Of a stretch of 64,000 nt of DNA, positions 14,761 through 27,059 are shown piece by piece; position 1 is the first letter of the stretch, and the number at the start of each line of letters is the position of its first letter. The notes under the pieces are model-generated. The model was not told the DNA's origin. It did not search any database and saw nothing but the letters and a program-made list of their open reading frames with translations. Source of the DNA: Eledone cirrhosa (lineage: Eukaryota); contig OZ024743.1 in assembly GCA_964016885.1 (NCBI GenBank), forward strand, positions 252,588,001 through 252,652,000, in the 5' to 3' direction. The position numbers and the translations under genes are program-made.

Positions 14761-14779
14761 ATAATATTAATAATATATG

Positions 14780-15065
14780 GTTTTTGACAAGGAAAAAAAA
14801 TCTTGCTCGATTGTAGATTTAGCTTACCAACTTGACACAGGGAGAAAATTAGCCGGTATGAGGATCTAAAGTGGGAATTGAGGACGATTTGGGATTGTCA
14901 CGAGATCAAGATCTTTCCCATTGTTAAAGGGGAACACTTCAAAAGACATGCCTACTAAGAACAGTAAAGACTCTCCAAAATGTCCTGAATATCTGAGGCT
15001 GCAGGTAGTGGCTTGATGTTCATTTGGGTAAATTTTTCAGTTAAATAGCATCAATTACTGAAATA
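14780..15065 (+). mobile_element. Additional degenerate Dong-like 3' fragment
   Basis: Shares the C-terminal coding remnant and the 3' UTR CTGAGGCTGCAGGTAGTGGCTTGAT. Confidence 0.75.
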
Positions 15066-17514
15066 GCAAATTAAAAATGATAATTTCTTTATTAACCACA
15101 AAATTAAACAAACATTGAGGATGGTAGTGGAAGATACAGTGTAGGATTTTTCATGTAAAAAACTATAATAATAAACCTACAGCATCTTCAGTTTCTTCAA
15201 CTGATTACAGACGTGGTTGATAAAATAAAATATCACCCACATAGTTGGGTCAATGTTATCGACTGTCCCCTCCCTGTAAATTATTGGCCTTGTGCCTTAA
15301 TTAAATTAATTATTTCTTCTTTCAATCATTCAATATCCAGGAAAATGCCTACTTTTTATGTTATCTGTCCTTTTAATGTTTCTATCATCCAACACCCTTG
15401 TGACAAATAAAGAAAATCATCATCATGTCTGTAGTAAGGATTAAGCCACCACCTTCCTTTAGAAAGGTGTAGCAAATCTTCCTTTGTCCGGAAGCTATGG
15501 TAAAAGAAGCTGTATTGTGAATTAATCTAAAAGGATTGAGGACAATCTCTCAACTGCTTCAAGTTCCACTTAAACAGGAAGGTGAGTGTAGGGAGGTTTT
15601 GAATTCTAGGGTGTGTTATGAAAGAGTTGAGAGGTTCATAAGTCTGAACAGGTCTAACCTGACTATGTTTTTCTACGTAGGAGGAAGGGAACTGAGAGTG
15701 GGGACTTTCAATGCCCAAGAATGGTCTGAGTAATCTGGGCTTTTGTTTGGGGTTCTCCCTGAAATGACTCTAAAGTACAGAAACTCACTATTAGAGAACT
15801 TGCCCTTGTTGAAATTTGTTTGCACTTTCTTTGTTTTTTTTTTCTATTGTTTTGTATATTTATTACAATATCTATTATTGTTATTCCTGCTGTTTTTACT
15901 TCAGTGATATCCTATTCATTTACTTAATATAAACTCCACTCGGTGTTGTTTTTGTCCTTGTATTGTCTCCGATGTCATGGGTCCTTGTGGCCAATCAAAG
16001 AAACCATTATTATAATTTTATTTATTTATTTACTTTTATTTTGGCAGACAATTTATCAGTAACTGAGTGTGATGGTGTGTTGACTTAGTTCTTATAACTG
16101 GAGTCATAACACAGCAAAGACAAACACCAATGTAATAATGGGAGGAGGAGAAGAAGAAAAGAAGACGGATGAGGAGGAGGGGCAAGAAGAAGAAGAAGAC
16201 CATTAAAAAAATCCAAGTGAAAACACGTCTTCAAATGATGAACTTAATATATTTTCTCTATCTAGTTTGTTTATCCCGCAAGGAAGAATTATGAAATTCA
16301 TATAAATAGCAATTTTTTTCTTTTTAAAAACGTTTACGGCCATTTAAACCACAAAGACTTTCATATAAGCTGCCTTATTTCTTCGAAAACTATCTTATTC
16401 TTGCATTCCTTTGGGAAGAATGCGAATGTAGACAAAACATGATAAATTAATTTGTAATTTAGTTGTATGTCAGTGGATTTTACACTTAAGGAGGTATTGC
16501 TTTAAATTAAATATACAAATATGTCAGAAAATATTATCGCTGTAAACTTCCTCGTTTAAGATTGATAAGGGCCGTTGATATTTTAAAAATAATAAAATTT
16601 AGTCAGTTAATATGACCTAAAGAGGGAAATTGAACCGGAGAAGAAAAAATGAACTAAAAATATAAATAAAATAAAATAAAAATGTGAAAATGAGTTAAGG
16701 ATTAAACACAAGAAATTTTTTGAAAATTAAAAATTTTCATTTTTAGTGTTTACTTACTGTATTTTGTGGCCAGGCTGGACAATCAGTATGTTTAAGTCAA
16801 TCGTATTGACCCCAATACATTTACTGATTTCTGTCATTAGACTGTATCCAGCCTGGGCTAACATCATGATTAACCCTTTAGTATTTTGCTTACTCTATAT
16901 TTATTATTATATTTTCATGGTAAAGGCTTTACCTGACATAATTATCTCACATAATATTGAATCTATGAGATATTGATATTTTTTTATTTTGAGATCAATA
17001 CATTAACGTCGGTATCAGTGGCCGGTTACAGCCAGTTTGAACAGAAAGAGGTGAGAGAATTCTGTCCAGATATGGCCCATTTAAATGCTAAAGGGTTAAA
17101 TCAATTATATTGATCCCAATATATTTACTAGTTTCTGTCAGATTTTGGCCAGCCTAAGCTATCAGAATGACTAAGTCAATCAAATTGACCCTAATACTTT
17201 TTTAAAGTCTGGTACTTATTTTAATAATCTCTTTTTTATCGAGCCACTAAAATATGGGACACAAACACCCACATATATACATACATACATGCACCATCAT
17301 CGTTTTACCTCGCCTTTCCATACCAGCATAGTTTGGATGGGATGTTTTGAGGTAGATGTCCTTCCTGATACCAATCCTTTTATTTACAACATGCAGAGAT
17401 ATGATGTTCTTATTTTAAAATCTGGGATACACACCACAATATATATATACATACAGAAGGCAATTCATACACAAATATATATATATATATAGAAGACTAT
17501 GTATATATATATAT

Positions 17515-18046
17515 GATGGTTGCCGCCTCGTTATCGAGTATGGCCTTTACACTATATAACATTATTAATAATTATTAATTAATTCTAATGTGCAATGCCT
17601 GTGAAGATATTTTTTAAAGTGAGGAAAGACCGTGCACTGAGCTAATCCCACTCTCTGAGCGACAGTAGCTATAACCCGAAAAGAAGAAGAGATCAACATC
17701 AACAGTAACTACTGAGCCGCAGGTTTTATATCAGAGTTATCCCAGTTTCATGAGTTGCCTTCTCCTAGAAGAATGCCCTGACAAAGGCTAGGGGTCCTTC
17801 ACTCCCAGTGGTTTAACCGCGCGGTACCTGTGTATATACATATTTACACACTTTTGGATGGCCGTTGACTCTTATGAGTTCTTCCGCCCTTTGTCAGGTT
17901 TTGCTTTTTGTCCTGCAGGGTGTCCAAAATCACCCTCCTCACCAAGTAAACTTGGTAGGGTTGCCGGTTTAGTCGCTGACGACCCGACCATGCGACAGGT
18001 TGTAGTGGATTACATGTTACCAGTAGCACTCAAGAGTGACCCGGCA
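17515..18046 (-). mobile_element. Probable non-autonomous RTE-5'UTR-derived element
   Basis: The minus strand has the RTE-leader-like motif GGGCATTCTTCTAGGAGAAGGCAACTC. The element is bracketed by a direct repeat TATAGAAGACTATGTATATA at about 17488 and 18074. Confidence 0.45.
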
Positions 18047-18103
18047 TATATATGTAGTCTTCTATATATATATATAGAAGACTATGTATATATATATATA
18101 TTT

Positions 18104-18220
18104 ATAGGAAAATGTTTAACTCCAACGGCAGAGCTCAAGCCATTTCGACGGCTATTTCTGGACCAGAAATAGCCGTCGAAACAGCTTGAGCTCTGCTGTT
18201 GGGGTTAAACATTTTTCTAT
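18104..18220. repeat. Near-perfect palindrome (about 58-bp arms, almost no loop)
   Basis: ...GACGGCTATTTCTGG-A-CCAGAAATAGCCGTC..., with arms extending to ATAGGAAAATGTTTAAC / GTTAAACATTTTTCTAT. Confidence 0.92.
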
Positions 18221-18314
18221 TACCCACTCTACTACTCTAAGTATTGAGTACTCTGGTGCGTTATGGTCCATCTGGTTCCTTACCACACCTCCTTCATTAT
18301 ATATATAAACAGAG

Positions 18315-18600
18315 AGAGTAGGGTGTTGGGCTCCCAATTGCAAGGTTGTGAGTTCGATTCTTGGACTGAGAACACAGTGTTTTGTCGTCCTTGAGCACAG
18401 CGCTATATTTCACATTGATCCAGTTAACTCAGCTGGTTAAAATGAGTTCTGACATCACTGGTACCAATCTTTGCCTTTCCTTTGGACAATATCAGTGGCA
18501 TTGAGAGGGAAGACTGGCATGTATGAACAATTAGGCTTGTGTGTTGGAGGTGAATGTTCTAGGTGAAACCCATGGTCTGCAATGACTGAGTGAAAGGGCT
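18315..18600 (+). mobile_element. Degenerate tRNA-derived SINE (separate family)
   Basis: B-box GAGTTCGATTC followed by the SINE-core-like TCCTTGAGCA..CCAGTTAACTCAGCTG. Confidence 0.55.
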
Positions 18601-19304
18601 TATGTTGATGATATATGGAAGACTTCTACAAGGTTTCTGTCTAATAAATTCAACCTATAAGGCTTTGGTCCACCCAAGACTATAGTAGACAACACTTATT
18701 CATTGTTAAACACAGTGGAACTTCTTAACCACACAGCCATGACTAAACTTATCTTAGAAGATTAGATATAGCAATAAATTTTCAGAAATTTTGAATATAG
18801 TAATATCCATTATTTCTTTTTTATTTCATGTGTTTATCACCATTTCGAGTAACTAAGAATATTAATTATACCTCAGGGTCCTAATTTGTCAGAATATGAT
18901 GGTAATTTAAATATAAGAGAACAAATTACTTGCTAATAGAAAAGAGAAGATTATTATATTCACCATCATCAACATTGGCATTTTTTGTCTGTATTTTCCA
19001 GGTTGCCATGGGTTGAAAAAAGCTTTATGTATTTTTTATTTTGTTTTGTTGTTTCTTGAGATTCAACAAAATGACATTGATAAAATATGTACAAGTCATT
19101 GATAAATGCAGTGATGTTGATACATATTAATTAATTGCTTTTAAGGCTGTGCTGTAATCTATTGACTGAAACAAGTAAAAGAATATAATACTAGAAGACA
19201 AATTGTCAAGAACTGTAGTCTCTGTGCTATTCCAAACCTAATAACTATTGACCTAAATCTACATCTTTGTAACAACATCATCATCATCATCATCATTATT
19301 ATTA

Positions 19305-20645
19305 TTAACTTTGCCTTTCATCCTTATGGGGTCGATAAAATAAAGTACCAGTAATGCACTGGGTAATTGCTGGCCTTGTGTCAAAAGCAGAAACTATTAT
19401 TATTATTAATATTAATAATGATTTCTACTTTAAGCACAAGGCAAGTAACTTTTGGGGGGGAGGGGAAAGTCGATTAAATCAACTCCATTTTATTACTGGT
19501 ACTTTATTTTATTGACTCTCTTAAGATGAAAGGCAAAGCTAACATCGGTGGGATATGAACTGAGAACATAAAGGACATGCTGTTCGACATTCTAACAATA
19601 CTGCCTATCCACCATTATTATTAAAGTACCAGTAATACACTGGGTAATTGCTGGCCTTGTGCCAAAACTAGAAACAATTATTATTATTCCCTTATAAAGT
19701 ACCAGTAATGAACTGGGATAATTGCTGGCCTTGTGCCAAAAGTAGAAAAAAAAAAATTATTATTGCCTTATATATGGTTGATTGGCAGTATCGGTAGAGG
19801 GCCGGACGCCATGCTTTGATGCATAGAGTTACGGCCTTTGCCATTCTGAGTCCAAATCCCGCCGAGGTTAACTTTACCTTTCATCCTTACGGGGTCGATA
19901 AAATAAAGTACCAGTAATGCACTGGGTAATTGCTGGCCTTGTGCCAAAAGTAGAAACAATTATTATTATTGCCTTTCATCCTTACGGGGTCGATAAAATA
20001 AAGTACGAGTAATACACTGGGTAATTGCTGGCCTTGTGCCAAAAGTAGAAACAATTATTATTATTATTATTATTATTATTTTATCGACCCCGTAAGGATG
20101 AAAGGCAAAGTTAACTTCGGCGGGATTTGAACTCAGATTAGCAATAGACGTAACTCTATGCGTCAAAGCATGGCGTCCGACCCTCTACCGATACTGCCAA
20201 TCCACCGCGGTTTCTGATTTAGGCACAAGGTCAACGATTTTAGAGGAGGAGAAAGTTGATTAAAGCAACCCCAGTGCATTATTGGTACTTTATCTTATTG
20301 ACCTTGTAAGGATGAAAGGCAAAGCTAACCTCAGCGGGATTTGTACTCAGATTGTAGAGGGCTATAACTCTATGCTACAAAGCATGGTGCCCGACGCTCT
20401 ATGAATACTGCCAATTCACTGCTCTAACGTTAAGACAAATACGTCTAAGCATTAATCTAATGTTCTGACAACTCTGCCAATTCATTATTCTTCTAAAAAT
20501 TCCTAATTCAAGCACCGGGGCAACAATTTGTGGGGAGGTAAAAATAAATTATATCGTCTCAGTATATGACTGGTACTTTATTTTAACAAACCTAGAAAGA
20601 AGAAAGGAAAAGTTGACCTAGACAAGATTTGAACTCAGAACATAT
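19305..20645. mobile_element. Dense array of tRNA-derived SINE copies in both orientations, with (TTA)n tails
   Basis: A near-complete copy at about 19775-19970 has A-box TGGCAGTATCGG, a degenerate B-box GAGTCCAAATCCC, core CCTTTCATCCTTACGGGGTCGATAAAATAAAGTACCAG (recalled as Meta-domain-like, unverified) and tail GGCCTTGTGCCAAAAGTAGAAACAATTATTATT. Confidence 0.88.
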
Positions 20646-21768
20646 GGAGCAATAATTGGTCTGGTAACAAAGAAAATCCAAAATTGAATTGTAAAGATTA
20701 GTTTGGAAATTCAAACTAAATTGCTGCAAAGGGTCCTGTTCTTAGGAAAAAACAGAATTTTGAGAAGTCTACCACAAATGCAATAAGAAAGATGAATTGT
20801 AGGATCCTGACCTTCTCCTGTATGTTAATTTTGACGCCATAAGATCTGTCTGAGATTGGAGAACTAATAATAATAATGATAATGTTTTAGGATTATTGTG
20901 TAATGCAGTAAATCACAATTTTTATATATTTATTTATTCCATATAAGAGATTAGTAACTATAAAATAATGATTCTTACTGTTCAATAAGCAGTTCACTAT
21001 CAGTTGATTGTGTAAGTTATTATATAATCACATAGAAGATTAAAGTGTGGAGACAAAAGATTTGAAAATATTCTCACAGTCTCAGAAATACCAAACCAAC
21101 TCTAAAGACTATAATCAATAGATAAAAGATTATTTTATGGAATGGTCAATGTGTCTGATGGGTTGCTATATAAAAGAAAGATTTCACTTTTAATATAGAA
21201 AACTGTGATGGTTGTTGTCTAGTACTTACTGAATATATTTTACTTTGTAGTTCTGGAGGAAGGGACAAAGCTCATTCCCTTCATAGGCCATCAGAAGAAA
21301 CATTACTGAGTATAATCTGTTATATTTTTTGGTGGGGAGCAGAGACATCGTCAGTGACTAAAACCCATGCAGCAGAACTATGGGAGGATTGAAAGGGACA
21401 GAATCAAGCCGTCTTTTCCAGCACAACCTCCTTCCACACATTATGCCCCCTTGTCATTTCCTCTGTGAGGTTCAGGTTTTCTCCCCCTCTCTCTCTCTTG
21501 TTCTCTCTTTCACTATATATATATATATATGCACAATTGGCAAAAGGTACAAAATCTATGATCATCATCCATGAATATAGGAATACAAAGGTTTGAACGT
21601 TACTGTGATGTATATGGCTCTGCCACGTCTCATATATATTTGCTAGTAGAGACGGTGGACATTAAAACAATATATATAATTATATATTGGACCTGTTATT
21701 TTTCTCTAAAAACATTTTTTCCAATTCCGGCCTGCCCGTCCCTTCAATCTTTCTAATTTCTCACTCTT

Positions 21769-21804
21769 TCTTCTGATGAAAGGCTAGCATCCAAAACGTT
21801 AAGA
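21769..21804 (+). ncRNA. Degenerate minimal type I hammerhead ribozyme (likely Penelope pLTR remnant)
   Basis: TCTT-CTGATGA-AAGG-CTAGCAT-CC-[A]AAACGTT-AAGA. Stem I is TCTT/AAGA and stem III is palindromic AACGTT. G12 reads A, consistent with CpG decay. Confidence 0.55.
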
Positions 21805-23044
21805 CACTCTTCCTGATATCTCAAGTGTTAAACTAATATATTTTTACCTATACTGCACCGGATGTATTGTTATTTCTGTTTACCTTTTACATATAAATAT
21901 ATTTATGTATATTTAGTAGAACATATACATATACAATTGGGAAAAGGAAAAAGAAAACAGGACAGAATCAGGTATGTGAGCTGATATAATCTATTATCTA
22001 TTTATCTTCATACATGGAACAAAAGCACTAAGGTTTCAAGGCCCAATATTGACTCTATCTTCAGACTAGATCACAAACTTGATCACTCATACAATATGGA
22101 AATATGGTCAACAATGGGTCTTGAACCCAGAGGTGACCATGTCCTGGTCGTTTGTTCTGTTTTAGGATTAGTTTCTACGGATTGATATCCTTCCTAATGT
22201 GAACCACTTCACAGCATGTACTGGGTGCATTTTACCTGGTATTTACACCACCTACCTTACAGGGGTAATATTAAGAGAGGGAAACCAGAGTGTTTGACTG
22301 GTGTATCATCAATGTGAACTGCTATTTCTAATAGCCATCTTTTCACCTCTTAATAATTTGTGTGTGAGACACGTTGGCTGGGTGCTTTTGACGGGAACGA
22401 AAAGATTGATTCTTTTAGCTTCCCGCCGCCACGTAAAATTTGTAAATCGGTGGCTAGTTGAGAGACAGAATCTTAACGGGTGCCAGTTGCTAATCGCTTT
22501 ACCATGTCAGTCGTCACAAACAGTCATGACCGACATGGGCTGGTGTTCGGATTCTGTCGATCGATTGGTTATTAATTAGGCGATACCCGCTGATGAAGCC
22601 GCATAAGCCAATTGTGCATTGTTGCATAATATATGCAGACGGATGGTGCAGTGCACCTTACTACTGCATTAATGCGGCAGAAATTCGAGTCCGGGAACCA
22701 TTATAGGCACCCGTTTTACGTGTGTTGTGTTGAAGCAAATAACTATGTGTATACTCTGGGAATGTATCTTACATTGCCCATGGAATACGCTGAAATACAA
22801 CCGGTACTGGCATTGATAAATATGCTGGATCCGTCAACTCCTTATTATTATTAACTTCCAACTAGCGGACTATTGAGAGTAAGTTAAACAATTTTTCACT
22901 TTTTTATTGTGTTTTTGTTTTGATATGCACTCTATTTCCTGCTATTAATTTTGTCTCTCACTTTTTTAAGTTGTGAAATAGATTGGTTCTCTACGCACGC
23001 GGCTGAGACATTTCAGCTAGCTACTATATTGCTCTATAATGGAT

Positions 23045-25555
23045 AATCGCATCTATTTGGACGAGACAGAGGCACAGTTCACCATAGCTAAAAATAAGAT
23101 TAGACAAATAGTAGACCGGTAAACTAAGAGACAAAGCAGACCAGAGGTCCAACAACTTGGGAGGAAACCTGTAGAAGGCATAGTTAGCCTCAAGCAACGC
23201 ACAAGGTATGGTGAGGTAGTATGTCTACCCACAGATCAGTCTGGTAGGATGTCAATAGACAGCATGCTGAACTACATCAAGGCTATGCAACCCCACATCA
23301 CCAACACAAGCGAAATTACACAGCAAATACATGAGGGGAGAGAGAAAATCCTCAACGCTCACATGATGATGTGGACCGACATCCTAAAGCCAAGCAGACG
23401 CACTGACATCAACTTCCACGCGTCTAACAATGACATACCACACTTGTATGGGCTCCGCAAAGACCATAAGACAGTCGACGACCCGACAACAGGACCACCA
23501 ACAAGACCTGTATGCGGAGCCAATATCGCTAGCAACTACAGGATCTCCTACTTCCTCTCAATGGTTATACGCCTCATAATCAAGATGTCCCCAGATGTAT
23601 GTGACAGTACAGAGGACCTCCTCAGCAGAATCAGTGAGTGCAACAAAAACAAAAACCTATCCAACTGCCTAATAGGCAGTATGGACGTGGTATCACTATA
23701 CGTATCCATTAACATTGATTTTGCTGTGGAAAAATGTGTGGAGATGATCAGTGAGAGTGAGGTTTAGTTCTGTGACGTCGACACAGATGAACTGGGCCTC
23801 CTACATAGACTTACCTATGACACTGACTACCTAGACAGCCATGACCTTAGACGTTTCTGCCCCAGTAGACCCATAAGAGGTAGACCATCTACCATAACCT
23901 CAATGGCAAAAAATACTCCTATGGGAAGTTGGATTGGGTGTACCAAAGCCATACAGACCCCCAAAACAATGATCAGGTAAGAAAAATGGTCGCACATGCA
24001 ATAGGGGCTAGTATTAAAACTACCCTAAAGGGCCACATATTCAAATTCAACGTGAAGATCTACACCCAAAATGAGGGAGCACACATTGGCGTCAGCATAG
24101 CTGGTGACGTTGCCAACCTTTTTATGGTATGCTGGGAAAGGAGACTCAAAGATCTCCTTGATGAGAGCTCCATAGACCTCATCATGTACTCTCGTTACGT
24201 AGACGACATCAATATAGTAATAAGGACATCCCCACAAGAGAGTACTAACAAGTAAGATTTAGAATGTAGCACAATGGAAAGCATCCAGCAGATAGCTAAT
24301 TCCATACACCAGAGTATAACTGTAACTATCGACTACCCTTCCAAACACCCTAACAATAGACTACCTGTATAAGACACGGAACTCTGGATTAACACTATAG
24401 ACAAGAGAGCCCAAATTTTCCACTCACACTACGCTAAACACATATCCTCCAAATACCTGATACTCAAAAACTCAGCAATGTCCAGTAGTGCTAAGTTTAA
24501 TATTCTGATCGTAGACTTGGTATGAGTGATGAAGAACGTGTCCCGCATGTGCGACCCAACAGAAATGAAAAGATACATCCAACACTTCATCAACCGCATG
24601 CAGTTCTCTGGCTACAGCCAAAGAGACAGAATCAGAGTATACGAAAGAGCCACGGAGAAGTATAAGACCCTCATAGAACTTGACATGAAAGGAATGTGCC
24701 CATTATACAGGAGCAAATCATAGAATAGCTTAGATAGGACTAAACATAAGATAGGGAAAGCCACCTCATGGTACAACAACCAGAGATACCAGAGTGTCAT
24801 GTTCGTGGACGCTACCCCTGGATGGAAATTAGCTAACCAGTGTAGAAAGGCTCTGAGAAAGACCTACTTAAAGATTAAGGTGGTAGAAAAGCCAGGAACC
24901 ACCATAAAATACCTGATCAGCAAAACCTACCCTTTTAAGAAAACCCACTGTACTAATAGGAAATGTATTGAATGTAATGTAAACCCCCGGATAAACTGTA
25001 AAACTAGAAACGTAGTCTATAGCATAAGAATGTACAGAGGGTACTTGCAGAAACATGACAATATACATAGGTGAGACAGCTCGTAGCATAGGTGAAAGGA
25101 TAGACCAACACTGGGCGGAACTAAAAGGACGACAAAACGGTCCAGTAATATACGAACACGCCAGACAACAACACGACGGTAGCATAGACAACATAGAAAT
25201 TAAAATAACATCTAAACATAGAAATGACCCAGCAGATAGGCAAATCAGAGAGGCCAGTGAAATAGAACTTAGAAGGCCAAAGCTAAATAGAAAAAATGAA
25301 TGGAATAACAACATCCAAACAAACAATACTGACATAGGAGAATACAATAACCAAAACACAGTCACCCAATCTCGAACACACATCAAACACTATACACACA
25401 CGCAAACGCATGCGCAGAGAAGAAGACAAAAATAAATAAATAAATAAATAAACAGATTAAATAAAGATGGCGGAGACATACAATACAACAGGAGGAAACA
25501 TAATAGCACCACTGACGATGTTGTAGATGTGCAACGAAAGAACTTTGTTAGACTA
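23045..25555 (+). mobile_element. Decayed Penelope-like retroelement (RT + C-terminal GIY-YIG; Naiad-like)
   Basis: Motifs LYGLRKDHK, RPVCGA, GSMDVVSLY, IG..IAGDVANLFM..W, YSRYVDD, FVDATPG..KVVEKPG, a Cys cluster, and VVYSI..YIGETARS..R..H..E..LN. Several stops and frameshifts. A hammerhead core lies just after the ORF. Confidence 0.9.
25504..25551 (+). ncRNA. Hammerhead ribozyme core at the 3' end of the Penelope-like element
   Basis: CTGACGA (25512-25518), stem II GTTGTA-GATG-TGCAAC, then GAAA (25536-25539). Stems I and III are degenerate. Confidence 0.6.
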
Positions 25556-25789
25556 TATATATGTGTTTGTGTCTATATTATATCTGTATTTTTGACAGTT
25601 GATCAGTCAATAGTAAACATTGAGGACCAAATAAATTAACTGATATAAAAGATACAGAAGCGAAAACCAACCAAACAGTGGATGTGTTCTGTTATTAATT
25701 CTGGCAATATCATTGCAACAATATGACCCTCCCCAAGTATAACAATATTTGTTTCGACACACAATTTCATATCAAAATCCTCACAAAAC

Positions 25790-25830
<41 letters not shown>

Positions 25831-26300
25831 CGAGAGAGAGAGAACCATGAAGTCATACCAAAACACATATAGACTATAGATAGACACACACACATATATA
25901 TCTCTATATATATATACACACAACATGCCAAAAAATGCACACTAAAGACATGATGATGTATGATGTAGAACAGATAAAAAACACTGTATAGACCTGTCAA
26001 AACATATATATTGTCAAGATATAGCATGTATAAACATGCAGTATCACACATATATATGTATATTATGAATAATTATTGTATATAGATATGTAGAAACCAA
26101 CCTACACCTACAAACACATACACATGTTTATATATATTAAGATATTAATAAATATATACATTGTCTGTTATTATGTATGCACACAGACAATTAATTTGAA
26201 AGATACACACAAAGTTTGTATGAATATGTCTCACCAACATCATCATCATCATTGCCATTACCTTCGTTTTTATGTCCGTTTGTCCACACTTACGTATATA

Positions 26301-26344
<44 letters not shown>

Positions 26345-26349
<5 letters not shown>

Positions 26350-26463
26350 AAAAAGAGATGAAATCGAAAATGCAACTGGAGTCTTATTTTTTTAAAAAAT
26401 ATATATATTTTAAAAAAAAATAAGACTCCAGTTGCATTTTCGATTTCATCTCTTTTTCTTTAT
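26345..26463. repeat. Near-perfect inverted repeat around a TA-rich centre
   Basis: AAAGAAAAAGAGATGAAATCGAAAATGCAACTGGAGTCTTATT is followed by its reverse complement. Confidence 0.9.
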
Positions 26464-26519
26464 ACTTTCACTCGTGTAGGACACCTCGGTTATTTTTCAT
26501 TTTGTAAAAAAAACCTCAC

Positions 26520-26577
<58 letters not shown>

Positions 26578-26825
26578 TCGTCTCTCCATGTTTACCTGGT
26601 CCATTCATCTATCTGTATCATATCGTCCAGAATACAACCTTTTCTTTTTAAATGCCATTCGATAATTCTGACTGATCGTTCAAAATAATCTTCTTTTATT
26701 TTAAAATCCCATAATTCTTCCTTTATTACAGTTATATGCTCGTTCAATTATGGCCAAAATTTCGTGGATTTTACTTTATAACCTTCTCGCTCACTACCCC
26801 AGATCCCTCCCACCACCATTATTAT

Positions 26826-27009
26826 GAATTGCCAGTATCCGTAGAGGGTCGGACATGCTTTCCAGCATAGTTACGTCCCCTTACGATCTGAATTCAAATC
26901 CTGCCGAGGTTAACTTTGCCTTTCATCCTTACGGGGTCGATAAAATAAAGTACCAGTAACGTACTGGTTAATTGCTGGCCTTGTGCCAAATCTAGAAACA
27001 ATTATTATT
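26826..27009 (+). mobile_element. tRNA-derived SINE copy
   Basis: Same head, core and TTA tail as the 19.8 kb copy. Confidence 0.85.
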
Positions 27010-27059
27010 TGGACCTATCATAAGTCAGCGGCCTATGTTATCACTTCTTAAGTTTAGAC

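Noticed and set aside
17860-18046. HDV-like ribozyme at the RTE-like leader
   Set aside because: Hairpins are present, but I could not assign the nested double pseudoknot by eye.
19782-19862. tRNA genes at A-box/B-box motifs
   Set aside because: No cloverleaf. The motifs are SINE heads continuing into core and tail.
22590-22620. CTGATGA as a hammerhead core (also about 30892)
   Set aside because: No stem II followed by GAAA and no stem I pairing.
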